DNA of 64,000 bases from Candidatus Latescibacterota bacterium (GCA_036343635.1 JAYYVF010000066.1:6173-70172), one strand, 5' to 3'. Counted from the first letter of the stretch, positions 39,623 through 49,633 are shown. The notes: a model not told the origin generated them from the letters alone. A program made the numbers and translations.

Positions 39623-42490
39623 GTGGTTGACGAATTAAAAGCAGCCTTGCTAAGAGAACAGATTCGTGGGGAGGTTCGTTTTGATGAATCGGCACGAGTT
39701 CTTTATAGAACAGATGCGAGTATTTACGAAATGGAGCCGATTGGCTTGGTACTTCCTCGAGATGAGCAAGATGTGGTTACGCTTACCCGCTGGGCGCTAG
39801 ACCACGATGTATCGATTTTGCCCCGAGGGGGGGGTACTAGCCTTGCTGGCCAGTCGGTCGGTTCCTCAGTACATGTAGATTTTTCGAAATACATGAATCA
39901 CATTGGAGAACTCAACTCGGAAGAGCGTTGGGTATGGGTTCAACCCGGCGTCGTGCTAGATGAACTGAACGAATTTCTTCGTCCACATGGCCTACTTTTT
40001 GGTCCTGATGTTTCAACAAGTAGTCGTGCAAATATAGGAGGAATGATAGGGAACAATTCTTGTGGTGCCCGTTCAATTATTTACGGGAAGACAATAGATC
40101 ATGTTCTAGAACTCCACGTGGTCCTTGCGGATGGCCAACTAATAAAAATGCCGGCTCTTGATGGCGAATCTTATCAAAAAAAAGCGAAACAAGCGGACCT
40201 TGAGGGGCAAATTTACTTGAGGATAAGTGAGTTGCTTGAGGCAAACCACAAAGAGATTCGGGATCGTTTCCCACAGGTAATGCGAAGGGTTTCTGGATAT
40301 AACCTAGATGCATTTTTGGATTCCGATGTTCTAAATTTAAGTAATCTTGTTGTTGGTTCCGAGGGGACATTGTGCTCAGTTGTGGGAGCAAAATTGAATC
40401 TTGTTCCGTTACCAAAAAATAAAGGATTGGTCGCAATTCACTTTGATGATTTGAATGAGTCTCTTGAAGCTAACATAGAAACTCTTGAGACCGGTCCTGC
40501 TTCAGTAGAATTGACGGACAAATTATTGTTGGATTTGACTAAAGCTTCCATCGAACATGCCCCCCGCAGGCAATTTTTACAGGGCGACCCAGAAGCAATA
40601 TTATTTGTGGAATATTATGCTGAATCTCTAGAAGAGCTTGAGAATAAAATGGATCTTCTGGAAACTCGAATGAGACAAAAAGGTTTGGGATATGCCTATG
40701 TCCGTGCCTTGGCCGCGTCAGACCAGGCTAATATGTGGGCACTTAGGAAAGCCGGATTAGGGCTGTTGATGGGTATGAAAGGGGATGCAAAACCTACTTC
40801 GGGAGTAGAAGATATATGTGTCCCGCCAGTGCATTTGCCAGAATTTGTTCGGCGCGTACAGAAATCTATGAAATCTCATGGAGTTGATGCCACTTACTAT
40901 GGTCACTGTAGCGTGGGTGTCCTTCACATTCGCCCGGTTCTAAATCTTAAAGATCCAAATGGAATAAAGATTTTGCGTGCTCTTGAAGAGGAAATGAGTG
41001 ATATGGCGCTCGAGTACGGAGGAGCTATGTCCGCCGAACATGGTGACGGGCTCGCTCGAAGTGAATGGATCCCCAAAATGTTTGGTGAACAGATAGTAAG
41101 TGTGTTCGAACAAACGAAAGAGGCTTTTGATCCTAACGGTTTAATGAATCCCGGAAAGATTGTTCATGCTCAGAAGATGGATGAAAACCTACGTTACGGA
41201 GCAACATACGTAGCTAACAACTCTGAAACCTTTTTCACCTTTGATTCAGAAGGCGGGTTTCAAGAGGCAGTCGAACTTTGCTCAGGAGTAGGTCAATGCC
41301 GCAAGAAATTGGTTGGGACCATGTGCCCTTCCTATATGGCAACCCTTGAAGAAGAGCATTCGACCAGAGGCCGGGCAAATGTGCTAAGGGCTGCTTTGAG
41401 CGGCAGTCTTGAGGGCGGTTTGCAAAATGAAGTAGTTTATCAAGCGATGGATTTGTGTTTGGAGTGTAAGGCGTGTAAGTCTGAGTGTCCTTCAAATGTG
41501 GATATGGCTAAACTAAAATACGAATATTTGGCACATTATTATGGAAAACACGGATTTCCTATTCGTTCCTATCTCTTTGGATATATCGGAATCCTTGCAC
41601 GAATAGTATCGACGTTTGCTCCTATTTCAAATTGGATAGCAAATAGTTCAATTAATCGATGGTTTCTAGATTGCTTTCTCGGTGTGGATCGCAGACGCAA
41701 ATTGCCTGAGTTTACTTCCCTTACTTTCTCGAAATGGTTTCGGAAACATAGGTCTCCAAACAGTGTTAAAGGAACTGTTGTTTTGTTTAACGACACGTTC
41801 TCTGAATATGAAGAACCGGGTATAGCAATTGCCGCTACTAAGATTCTTGAATCTGCTGGGTATGAGGTGGTTTTGGAGACGAAAAAGGTTTGTTGTGGTA
41901 GGCCATTAATTTCGAAGGGGTTTTTGAAACAAGCCAAGGAAAATGCACGTAAAAACATTGAAGTTTTGCTTCCGTATGTTGAAAATGAAATTCCGATAGT
42001 TGGAATTGAGCCAAGTTGTATTCTAAGCTTTAGAGATGATTATCTTGATTTGTTGCCAGGAAAGGATGCGCAGCGAGTAGCAAATAACGTTTTTATGCTT
42101 GAGGAATTTCTTGCTTTAAGAGCAAGGGAGGGAGATTTAGATCTACGGTTTTCCTCCGAAAATCGAAAAATTTGGTTGCATGGGCATTGCCATCAAAAAG
42201 CACTCGTCGGTACAGAGGCTACATTAGAGGTTTTGCGCCTGGCTGAAAATTTTGACGTTAATGAGATCCCGTCAGGCTGCTGTGGAATGGCGGGAAGCTT
42301 TGGTTATGAAAAGGAGCATTATGAAGTTTCTAAGGCGATTGGCCAAAGCAGATTGTTTGATGTTATTGAACAGATTGCAGATACAGACGAAGTTGTTGCT
42401 GTTGGAACATCGTGCCGTCATCAGATCGCTGATTTTACGAAACATCAAGCTAGACACTGGACAGAAGTATTGATAGAAGTAATTGAGTAG
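39623..42490 (+). CDS. FAD-linked oxidase/Fe-S oxidoreductase (GlcD/GlcF, YdiJ-like fusion)
   Basis: RGGGTSLAGQ, GSEGTL, EHGDG, MNPGKI, CLECKACKSECP, CCG domains. Confidence 0.92.
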   Translation: MVDELKAALLREQIRGEVRFDESARVLYRTDASIYEMEPIGLVLPRDEQDVVTLTRWALDHDVSILPRGGGTSLAGQSVGSSVHVDFSKYMNHIGELNSEERWVWVQPGVVLDELNEFLRPHGLLFGPDVSTSSRANIGGMIGNNSCGARSIIYGKTIDHVLELHVVLADGQLIKMPALDGESYQKKAKQADLEGQIYLRISELLEANHKEIRDRFPQVMRRVSGYNLDAFLDSDVLNLSNLVVGSEGTLCSVVGAKLNLVPLPKNKGLVAIHFDDLNESLEANIETLETGPASVELTDKLLLDLTKASIEHAPRRQFLQGDPEAILFVEYYAESLEELENKMDLLETRMRQKGLGYAYVRALAASDQANMWALRKAGLGLLMGMKGDAKPTSGVEDICVPPVHLPEFVRRVQKSMKSHGVDATYYGHCSVGVLHIRPVLNLKDPNGIKILRALEEEMSDMALEYGGAMSAEHGDGLARSEWIPKMFGEQIVSVFEQTKEAFDPNGLMNPGKIVHAQKMDENLRYGATYVANNSETFFTFDSEGGFQEAVELCSGVGQCRKKLVGTMCPSYMATLEEEHSTRGRANVLRAALSGSLEGGLQNEVVYQAMDLCLECKACKSECPSNVDMAKLKYEYLAHYYGKHGFPIRSYLFGYIGILARIVSTFAPISNWIANSSINRWFLDCFLGVDRRRKLPEFTSLTFSKWFRKHRSPNSVKGTVVLFNDTFSEYEEPGIAIAATKILESAGYEVVLETKKVCCGRPLISKGFLKQAKENARKNIEVLLPYVENEIPIVGIEPSCILSFRDDYLDLLPGKDAQRVANNVFMLEEFLALRAREGDLDLRFSSENRKIWLHGHCHQKALVGTEATLEVLRLAENFDVNEIPSGCCGMAGSFGYEKEHYEVSKAIGQSRLFDVIEQIADTDEVVAVGTSCRHQIADFTKHQARHWTEVLIEVIE

Positions 42491-42533
42491 GTTTAATAAC
42501 TTTCTAAATTTTTAATTACGAGGGGATTCCAAG

Positions 42534-43058
42534 ATGGCATTTAATGTCAAACAAAGAGGGCGTGTCACATATTATTCCGGAGGAGATCGTCCAACATTAT
42601 CGGCATTGGTCACCGAAGATATTGGTGAGGGCGACTTGAAGATATATTTTGCTGGTTTAACGGGAGGTTATTCCGCGCAGGGAGTTTTAAATAGAGACGA
42701 GTTAGTTAGGATGGAGCCGATTAAAGAAGTGGAAATGGTTTTTCGTTCATGGGAGAAGTGGCTTCAGGAAGCAGAAATTTGCGAGTCAATATCACAGATA
42801 GATTTTTTGGAGGTTCATGCCTTTGGAGCTCAGCCTAAAGACGTCAACCCTATAGTTGAACCGGTTCGTTTTCACGAGGAGCAACAGAGAATTTATAAGG
42901 AATATGCTGAAGCATATAGCTGTTTTTTTGCGGAGCAAATGCCGGACACGGGGGTCCCCTCAAGGTTTACTGTTCATGTTGTTGATTTTCCGGATAAGGC
43001 GGCGTCTTATGAATTTTACAGTGTCGGTCTTTTTCAAAAATCTTTGCATGAGAAATAG
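42534..43058 (+). CDS. Divergent Rid (YjgF/YER057c/UK114)-fold protein, tentative
   Basis: IYFAGLTG...VFRSWEKWLQEAE...YSCFF...PSRFTVHVVDFP...YEF aligns by eye with RidA. Confidence 0.55.
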   Translation: MAFNVKQRGRVTYYSGGDRPTLSALVTEDIGEGDLKIYFAGLTGGYSAQGVLNRDELVRMEPIKEVEMVFRSWEKWLQEAEICESISQIDFLEVHAFGAQPKDVNPIVEPVRFHEEQQRIYKEYAEAYSCFFAEQMPDTGVPSRFTVHVVDFPDKAASYEFYSVGLFQKSLHEK

Positions 43059-43105
43059 AGGTTTTCGAAGGCCAATCTAAGGGAAAGTAAAAGCAGAAGA
43101 AGGAT

Positions 43106-43520
43106 ATGGGGTTTAATGTCAAAAAACGTGGGCGGATCATCTATTACTTTGGGGGGGGATGTGCCCACAATATCTTCACTTGTTACAGAGACCACAAACT
43201 TAGGTGGTTTAAAGATATAATTTGCAGGCTTGAAAGTGGTTTTTCCGCTCAGGGGTGTCCTAATAATTGATCAACTGATTCGTATGAAGCCCTCACAGGA
43301 AGTGGAAATGGTATTTAGGTGCTGGGAAAAGAGGCTTAAGGAGGTCGGAATTTGCGAGTCGATAGGAGAGATAGATTTTTTGGAGATTCATGCTTTTTTG
43401 CGGAGCAAATGTCGGATACCGGAGTACCCTCAAGATGCACAGTACACGTAGCTGATTTTCCAGATAAAGTAGCGTCATACGAATTTTGTGGTGTAGGTCT
43501 TTACCAAAATCCTGTATAGA
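43106..43520 (+). pseudogene. Degenerate tandem duplicate of 42534..43058
   Basis: Colinear nucleotide similarity with a frameshift in a G run, a TAT>TAA change and an internal deletion of about 100 nt. Confidence 0.88.
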
Positions 43521-43641
43521 AAAGTGAGAGGATAGTCCTTATAGGGAGGAGTTTCACGCGGGGTTGTAATAACTCGGTAAAAAAATATACTGTTGTATTT
43601 CTTTGTTTTGTGTTCTTGGAAGAATTAGCGGATTTATTGTC

Positions 43642-44754
43642 TCACTTTGATCTATTATTTTGTTTTTCGGAAAATTTTCTTCCATTTATCAAAATTTCTT
43701 CAGATGTAAATGGAAGAGGCATAATTTTTCCATTTAAGTTTCCAGGATCGGTAACCACGGTCGTCTCCTGATGCCAGTATTCTTTTGAGATATATGCAAG
43801 GGCAATCACTCCGGTACGTGATGATGAACTGCTTGAGGTTATGGTCCCGGCGAGTTTCCCGTTCAATTTTAGCTTAGTTCCCGGTTCTGGAACAACCCTT
43901 CCGTCGAACAAGACCCCGCAAAGAGTTTTCTTGATTTTTTCATAAGCCTCAAGGCGCGCAATGATTTCTTGTCCGATATAACATCCTTTTTCTAAGCTTA
44001 TTGCTGAACCTAAGCCGGCCTCCCATGGGTTATGATTTTTGTTGAGTTCGTTGGGACTTGTAGGAAGACCCAATTCTATTCGGGCATTGTTCCACGATGT
44101 TTCTCCTACCGGTATGGCCCCAGCGGTTTCAAGTTGTTGCCAGAGGTGAGAAGCATGCCCCTTGTTCACGATCACCCGTACGCTATGATGTCGGCCGAAA
44201 GGCCGTAAGCAGAGCCAGCTTTCGGGAGGGGTTTGAGACGATTGAAGGAGTTTATGTGGCAAGGATTTTTCAATGTTAATCTGAAAAGCTGAAGAAATCA
44301 CTTTTTCTGCTTCCGGACCCAAAACTTCTATCATTTCACTCTGGGTTTCTATGTTAGTTAACGTCATTTCTTCAGAGAAGGTATATTTGTCTAACCAGGC
44401 GCAAATATCTTGTGTGGATTCTGGGCTAAGGATACAAAGAGTTGTTCCCTCATAGTGATAGAATACGCCTAAGTCGAGGATTCTTCCTTTAGCTTCTGTG
44501 AAAATCGATTCTATCCCTGCTCCACTCTTAAGAGTTTCAACGTCATTTGTAGTCATACGTTGAAGAAAATTCAGATGATCTTTACCCGAAATCAAAAGGC
44601 GTCCCCAGTGACTACAGGGAAGAATGGCCACAGAATTAATTAAGGCGTCAGTTTCTCGTTCTACGTCACCGAAGTCTGTTACGATATGACTCTGTTCACG
44701 ATGCCCTATATTACTCCATTTGGCGCCGCGTTCTGAGAGTAATTTATGAAGCAT
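43642..44754 (-). CDS. ygfZ: Folate-binding YgfZ/GcvT-family protein
   Basis: FLQRMTTND, KGRI, KGCYIGQEIIAR signature. Confidence 0.88.
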   Translation of the reverse strand: MLHKLLSERGAKWSNIGHREQSHIVTDFGDVERETDALINSVAILPCSHWGRLLISGKDHLNFLQRMTTNDVETLKSGAGIESIFTEAKGRILDLGVFYHYEGTTLCILSPESTQDICAWLDKYTFSEEMTLTNIETQSEMIEVLGPEAEKVISSAFQINIEKSLPHKLLQSSQTPPESWLCLRPFGRHHSVRVIVNKGHASHLWQQLETAGAIPVGETSWNNARIELGLPTSPNELNKNHNPWEAGLGSAISLEKGCYIGQEIIARLEAYEKIKKTLCGVLFDGRVVPEPGTKLKLNGKLAGTITSSSSSSRTGVIALAYISKEYWHQETTVVTDPGNLNGKIMPLPFTSEEILINGRKFSEKQNNRSK

Positions 44755-44839
44755 TTTCCTAATATGACTCCTGTATGAATTCTAAATAATAAGGTTAATT
44801 CCGCTTGACAAGCTCAAATGTGGATCGGATCTCCGGGTG

Positions 44840-45300
44840 TTTTTCTACCTCTCATCTATAAAAAGAGTTCGCAGTTGAACTCCTGATTTGGTAACTAGGA
44901 CTTTTGAAAGGGCAATGTGGTAGGGCATCGGTCCTGAATGCCTCACCGCCGGAATACAAATCATAAGGTCGTTCCCCTAAGTCATCAGCGGATTTTATGT
45001 CCAGGGTTTCTTGGTCCTGAGAGAATCTATAGAATATGTATTTGATTATCAGTCAGACAACTGAGATCTTCGTTTGCTCCAATCTAAATTTGTGGTGTTG
45101 TCTCGGCAATAATTAGAGCTTGGATTCCCTTCTTCCCAAAAGTCTTTTGAAGTTCAGAATATAGAAGGTGTTGTTCGTTACTTCTCTTAATTTTCTCTTC
45201 AAGATTTTTCGACGTTTCAAAGTGTTCCTCATCCTTTTTACAGTCTTGGTCCAGGGCACCTTTCCTCGTATTATATTCTTCTCTCTTTCTGGAAGTTTCA
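44840..45300 (-). pseudogene. sbcC: sbcC (Rad50-like ATPase) C-terminal remnant
   Basis: Broken frames read LYSELQKTFGKKGIQALII, ETLDIKSADDLGERPYDLYSGGEAFR (ABC signature) and IALSKVL...LRTLFIDE (Walker B). Boundaries are approximate. Confidence 0.85.
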
Positions 45301-45377
45301 TCATAATTTTTAGTTGTCTGTTTTTCTTGACTCTAACTATCTTCTAAGTTGGCAGCATTGGATTCAATGTTTTCCGA

Positions 45378-45599
45378 GTATTTGGCGAATTCACGTTGGT
45401 GGGTTGCACTAGGATTGCAGGTCTTGTAAGCATCCCCGGAAAAAATAACGAGTTCGGTTTTTTCTTCGATGGCCATTTCAAAAGCATATTTAAGAGACTG
45501 TAATACTTTCAATGTTCGAGTATGTATGCCTGTTCCGGGATCGATCAGCTCTTAGTTTTCCACTCCTATGTGAAGGTCCACAAAATGTAGTAGGTTCAT
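45378..45599 (-). pseudogene. sbcD: sbcD (Mre11-like nuclease) N-terminal remnant
   Basis: MNLLHFVDLHIGVEN*ELIDPGTGIHTR...LVIFSGDAYKTCNPSATHQREFAK; in-frame TAA at 45552-45554. Confidence 0.85.
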
Positions 45600-45696
45600 A
45601 TTTTGATAGTGTTTCTGGCTTAATAGTCTGTTATTGTTTGGGCAAAATATAGCCAACATCCATACACTGGCAAACGATTTGCGACCTCTAAAGATC

Positions 45697-45725
45697 TTGC
45701 ATTTCGGTAATATATGGTGTATATT
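45697..45725 (+). promoter_or_regulatory. Putative sigma70 promoter of greA
   Basis: TTGCAT-N17-TATATT. A sigma54-like TGGCAAACGATTTGC also lies at 45668-45682. Confidence 0.5.
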
Positions 45726-45745
45726 GCAACACGAATGATTTTGAT

Positions 45746-45772
45746 GCGGAGGCGTTGGTCGCTTCCGCTTTT
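45746..45772 (+). terminator. Terminator/attenuator hairpin in the greA leader
   Basis: GCGGAGGCG-TTGGT-CGCTTCCGC-TTTT. Confidence 0.65.
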
Positions 45773-45803
45773 CTATTAGTTATCCTTACTGGGTCAGAAA
45801 GCC

Positions 45804-46274
45804 ATGAGTGAAGTTTATCTGTCGAGAGACGGGTTGGAAAAGCTCAAAGATGAATTACGGGAACTCAAAGAGAAAGAGCGTCCCACTGTGCGTGAATCGC
45901 TTCAACGGGCACGAGAATTTGGTGATTTATCGGAAAATGCTGAGTATACTGCGGCAAAAGAGAGGCTAATGTTCCTCGAACAGCGAATAAATAAACTTGA
46001 AGATACGCTCAGTCGTGCTACACTTCTGGAGAACGAATCCATTCCAGAGGACAAGGTCTATATCGGTGCCACTGTTGAACTTGTGGACTTGAAAAGCGAT
46101 AGACAACTGGTTTATACCCTAGTAGCTCCTGAGGAAGCCGATTTCGAGGCAGGAAAAATTTCGACCACCTCTCCAATTGGAAAGGGCCTATTAGGTCATT
46201 CAGAGGGAGAAGAGGTAGAAATTAAAGTGCCAGCAGGCATGCTCAATTATAAGATAATTAGTATTTCTCGTTAA
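45804..46274 (+). CDS. greA: Transcription elongation factor GreA
   Basis: AREFGDLSENAEY, ISTTSPIGKGLLG. Confidence 0.97.
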   Translation: MSEVYLSRDGLEKLKDELRELKEKERPTVRESLQRAREFGDLSENAEYTAAKERLMFLEQRINKLEDTLSRATLLENESIPEDKVYIGATVELVDLKSDRQLVYTLVAPEEADFEAGKISTTSPIGKGLLGHSEGEEVEIKVPAGMLNYKIISISR

Positions 46275-46511
46275 TGTGTTAGGCCAGTGGTTCCCTCTCA
46301 ATTCTTGTGTTACATCAACTGTTTAAAGCGTATTTTAGCTCACGGAATCTGCGATCCCTCCATAAGTTTTGTTTATTTTATTCTAAGGCGCTGTTTATAT
46401 GTGGAAGGAGAATGTCAGAAAGCCATAGGCCTTAGTGTTTTATCAATGTAACTAGGTGTTTTCTGTTGTGTTTGTGTCGACAATGCGTTTTACATGCGGT
46501 GCTCCACAGTC

Positions 46512-46540
46512 TTGACAGTTGTAATTATTAAGAGTACATT
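46512..46540 (+). promoter_or_regulatory. Putative sigma70 promoter of the tRNA-rpmG-secE operon
   Basis: TTGACA-N17-TACATT. Confidence 0.65.
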
Positions 46541-46596
46541 TCTACTTTTATAGTTTAATTTTGTATAGTTTAATTTCGAAATTTAAGAGCACGTGG

Positions 46597-46672
46597 GCGG
46601 GAGTAGCTCAATTGGTAGAGCGCCAGCCTTCCAAGCTGGATGTCGCGGGTTCGAGCCCCGTCTCCCGCTCCA
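46597..46672 (+). tRNA. tRNA-Gly(TCC)
   Basis: Cloverleaf; anticodon arm CCAGC-CTTCCAA-GCTGG, GTTCGA T-loop, encoded CCA. Confidence 0.97.
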
Positions 46673-46689
46673 TTTTTTGGAAAAAGGGA

Positions 46690-46765
<76 letters not shown>

Positions 46766-46808
46766 GAATTTGTGTTGTTTTCGGTAAACTCATGGGTAGG
46801 AATAAAAA

Positions 46809-46961
46809 ATGCCAAGAGAGCAGATAACATTGGAGTGCGAAGGTTGCAATCGACGCAACTATACTGCGACGAAAAACCGTCGGACGCAGCCAAGTCGAGT
46901 AGAGTACAAGAAATATTGTCGTTTTTGTCGTAAGCATTGTCAACATAAAGAGACCCGCTAG
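46809..46961 (+). CDS. rpmG: 50S ribosomal protein L33 (Zn-binding, CxxC form)
   Basis: Not in the ORF track. MPREQITLECEGCNRRNYTATKNRRTQPSRVEYKKYCRFCRKHCQHKETR. Confidence 0.96.
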   Translation: MPREQITLECEGCNRRNYTATKNRRTQPSRVEYKKYCRFCRKHCQHKETR

Positions 46962-46970
46962 ATTTAGGGT

Positions 46971-47046
46971 AGGGTCGTAGCTCAATTGGTAGAGCTCCGG
47001 TCTCCAAAACCGGCGGTTGCAGGTTCAAGTCCTGCCGGCCCTGCCA
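46971..47046 (+). tRNA. tRNA-Trp(CCA)
   Basis: Cloverleaf; CCGGT-CTCCAAA-ACCGG, encoded CCA; usual position before secE. Confidence 0.97.
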
Positions 47047-47080
47047 GTTTAGTTATACAATAGTTTCGGACAAGAAAGTA

Positions 47081-47266
47081 ATGTGGTTAAAATTATCAAC
47101 TTTTGTGAGTGAAGTCAGGGCAGAGTTTGGCAAAGTGAGTTGGCCATCTCGTGAGTCGCTGATAAATTCGACTAACGTAGTGCTTCTGTTTTCCGTGGGG
47201 TTTGCAGTTATCGTGGGACTCTTTGACCTTGTAGTTTCCTTTTTAAGGAGCGTTCTGCTTGGTTAG
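47081..47266 (+). CDS. secE: Preprotein translocase subunit SecE
   Basis: EFGKVSWPSRE plus one TM helix; synteny. Confidence 0.93.
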   Translation: MWLKLSTFVSEVRAEFGKVSWPSRESLINSTNVVLLFSVGFAVIVGLFDLVVSFLRSVLLG

Positions 47267-47281
47267 GCTTGGGGTATAGAG

Positions 47282-47827
47282 ATGGCAAAGTGCTGGTACG
47301 CCCTACATACATATTCTGGGCATGAAAATAAAGTTAAGGCCCACTTGGATTTGCTGGTTGAGTCAAGTGTAGCTGATGGAGCAATAGAACAAGTAGTGGT
47401 CCCGACAGAAGAAGTAGTAGAATTGCGGGCTGGCAAAAAGCGAGTCACGAAGAAAAGGTTTCTTCCGAGTTATGTACTTATTGAAATGGAGATGTCTAAA
47501 GATGCGTGGCATGCAGTAACAAATATTCCGGGTGTTACAAATTTTGTTGGACCCGCTCGTCGACCAGCGCCCTTACGGCAAGAAGAGATCGACCATATTT
47601 TGGGGCACATAGACAGACGGAAAGATCAAGAAGTCGTGGAGATCCCATTTGTGGTTGGTGAGCATGTAAAGGTCAACGATGGAGCGTTCAAAGATTTTGT
47701 GGGTACAGTAGAGGAGGTTTTGCCGGAGAAACGTCGTCTAAAGATCATGATTAGTATTTTTGGTCGGGGTACTTCAGTTGAGCTGGATGTTTTGCAGGTA
47801 GGACTGGCTGAAGAAGGTAATGGTTAA
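47282..47827 (+). CDS. nusG: Transcription termination/antitermination factor NusG
   Basis: WYALHTYSGHENKV, PGVTNFVG, KOW domain. Confidence 0.97.
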   Translation: MAKCWYALHTYSGHENKVKAHLDLLVESSVADGAIEQVVVPTEEVVELRAGKKRVTKKRFLPSYVLIEMEMSKDAWHAVTNIPGVTNFVGPARRPAPLRQEEIDHILGHIDRRKDQEVVEIPFVVGEHVKVNDGAFKDFVGTVEEVLPEKRRLKIMISIFGRGTSVELDVLQVGLAEEGNG

Positions 47828-47858
47828 ATAGTTATTTAAGAAAAGGGGTTTTCGTCAA

Positions 47859-48281
47859 ATGGCGAAGAAGGAAATCGGACAGATTAAGCTTCAGATTCCG
47901 GCAGGTCAGGCTACACCGACACCTCCTGTGGGGCCCGCTTTGGGCCAACATGGCGTGAATATCATGGAGTTTTGTAAGGCTTTTAATGCAGAAACTCAAG
48001 AGCAGTCGGGTTTGGTAATTCCTGTGGTGATTACGGTTTTTGCAGACCGTAGTTTTGCTTTTATCACTAAAACCCCTCCCGCGGCAGTGCTCCTGTTGAG
48101 GGCTGCGAAGATAGAAAAAGGATCAGGTGTGCCGAACCGGGATAAGGTAGGGACGGTCTCTTCCGATCAAGTACGTGAGATTGCGGAATTAAAAATGCCG
48201 GACCTCAATGCGGCGTCTATCGAATCAGCGATGTCGATGATTTGTGGTACAGCGCGCAGTATGGGATTGTTGGTTGAATAG
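47859..48281 (+). CDS. rplK: 50S ribosomal protein L11
   Basis: [22 protein letters not shown]. Confidence 0.98.
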   Translation: MAKKEIGQIKLQIPAGQATPTPPVGPALGQHGVNIMEFCKAFNAETQEQSGLVIPVVITVFADRSFAFITKTPPAAVLLLRAAKIEKGSGVPNRDKVGTVSSDQVREIAELKMPDLNAASIESAMSMICGTARSMGLLVE

Positions 48282-48308
48282 TCGAATCAAAGAAGAGGAT
48301 TAACAGCA

Positions 48309-49007
48309 ATGGGTAGAGGGAAAAAATACGAGCAAGCGGTAGCATCATTTGATAGGGATGCGACTTACTCCTGGGAAAACGCCATTGAGTTGCTCAAGGG
48401 GTTTCCTCAAAAAAAATATGATCAGACAGTTCACATCACTATGAACCTTAGTATTGATGGGCGCCAGGCGGATCAGATTTTACGTGGCACTGTTATGTTG
48501 CCTAATGGAACAGGTAAAGATTTGCGAGTCCTTGTCGTGACCCAGGGGCCACTCGTTCAGGTTGCGGAAGATGCGGGTGCAGACATTGTTGGAGGGGCTG
48601 AACTTGTCCAAAAAATTGAGGGGGGCTGGCTGGATTTTGACTTATTGATAGCCTCACCGGACATGATGGGGCAAGTCGGAAAACTTGGCCGAGTTCTTGG
48701 CCCAAGGGGTCTTATGCCAAATCCTAAAACGGGTACGGTCACCCGTGAAATTGAAAAAGCCGTTAGCGAGGCTAAGGCCGGCCGTGTAGAATACAGGGCT
48801 GATAGTAAATCTGGTAATAACGCTCAGGCCCCTATTGGTAAGATGTCCTTTGATGAAGAAGCGCTTGTTGAGAATGCGCGTGCTTTCGCTGATGCTATCT
48901 TGCGTGCGAAACCGGCTTCGGCAAAAGGACAGTTCGTCCGAAAATGTGTTGTGTCTGCTGCGATGGGGCCGGGTATCAAGATCGATCGAGCACTTTTGGC
49001 AGCGTAG
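48309..49007 (+). CDS. rplA: 50S ribosomal protein L1
   Basis: [16 protein letters not shown]. Confidence 0.98.
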   Translation: MGRGKKYEQAVASFDRDATYSWENAIELLKGFPQKKYDQTVHITMNLSIDGRQADQILRGTVMLPNGTGKDLRVLVVTQGPLVQVAEDAGADIVGGAELVQKIEGGWLDFDLLIASPDMMGQVGKLGRVLGPRGLMPNPKTGTVTREIEKAVSEAKAGRVEYRADSKSGNNAQAPIGKMSFDEEALVENARAFADAILRAKPASAKGQFVRKCVVSAAMGPGIKIDRALLAA

Positions 49008-49038
49008 CGGTAACCTGATTGAGATAACGAGGAGCAGA

Positions 49039-49569
49039 ATGCCAACTACAGAAAAAGTAGAAAAAGTAGAGGAGCTTGCGGCCGCATTGGCCGATGCAAA
49101 GGCCATCTATTTAGCGGATTTTACAGGTATTGATGTTGCGCGTGTCACAGATCTGCGCAATAAATTAAGGGATGCGGATGTTGGTTATCAGGTTGTGAAA
49201 AATCGGCTTGCGAAGCGGGCGGCAGAGGCTGCAGGCCTGGATGGTCTAAATGTCTACCTCGATGGGCCAACTGCTATAGCTATATCTAAAGAAGACCTTA
49301 TTGCTCCAGCAAAAATACTACAAGAGCTGGCTGATGAAGAAGGGCAGTTCGAAATTAAATCAGGGTTTGCTGATGGTAAGATGCTTTCGTCGGAAGATAT
49401 TAAAGCTCTTTCAAAGCTTCCGTCGCAAGAAGAGCTAATTGCTAAGGTTCTTGGTAGCGTGCAGAGTCCGTTGTATGGTCTCGCAGGCGTATTGAATGGA
49501 CTGCTTCGGAATCTTGTTGGTGTTGTTGCGGCAATAGAGGAAAAAGAGAAAGCAGGTAGTGCTGAATAG
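49039..49569 (+). CDS. rplJ: 50S ribosomal protein L10
   Basis: VVKNRL, GPTAIA; ATG at 49039 follows GAGGAG. Confidence 0.96.
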   Translation: MPTTEKVEKVEELAAALADAKAIYLADFTGIDVARVTDLRNKLRDADVGYQVVKNRLAKRAAEAAGLDGLNVYLDGPTAIAISKEDLIAPAKILQELADEEGQFEIKSGFADGKMLSSEDIKALSKLPSQEELIAKVLGSVQSPLYGLAGVLNGLLRNLVGVVAAIEEKEKAGSAE

Positions 49570-49633
49570 TTTTAACTGAATTACGAAAAAATACTGTTAA
49601 ATTTGAAGATATATCCTTAGGAGGACAGAGCAA

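Noticed and set aside
44822-45017. Apparent rod-shaped 6S-like RNA on the plus strand
   Set aside because: The opposite strand encodes the SbcC signature (YSGGEAFR) and Walker B (LFIDE) motifs, so the region is better explained as an sbcC pseudogene, and the pairing is imperfect.
45113-45304. 63-aa basic ORF on the minus strand
   Set aside because: It is an off-frame reading of the sbcC remnant.
46275-46500. Possible RNA or gene remnant between greA and the tRNA promoter
   Set aside because: I could not find a convincing stem, repeat or recognisable translation.
48835-49038. N-terminal extension of L10 (similarly the extended starts given for RpoB, L4, IF-3 and E1 beta)
   Set aside because: They overlap upstream genes or leaders; better-placed starts lie downstream.
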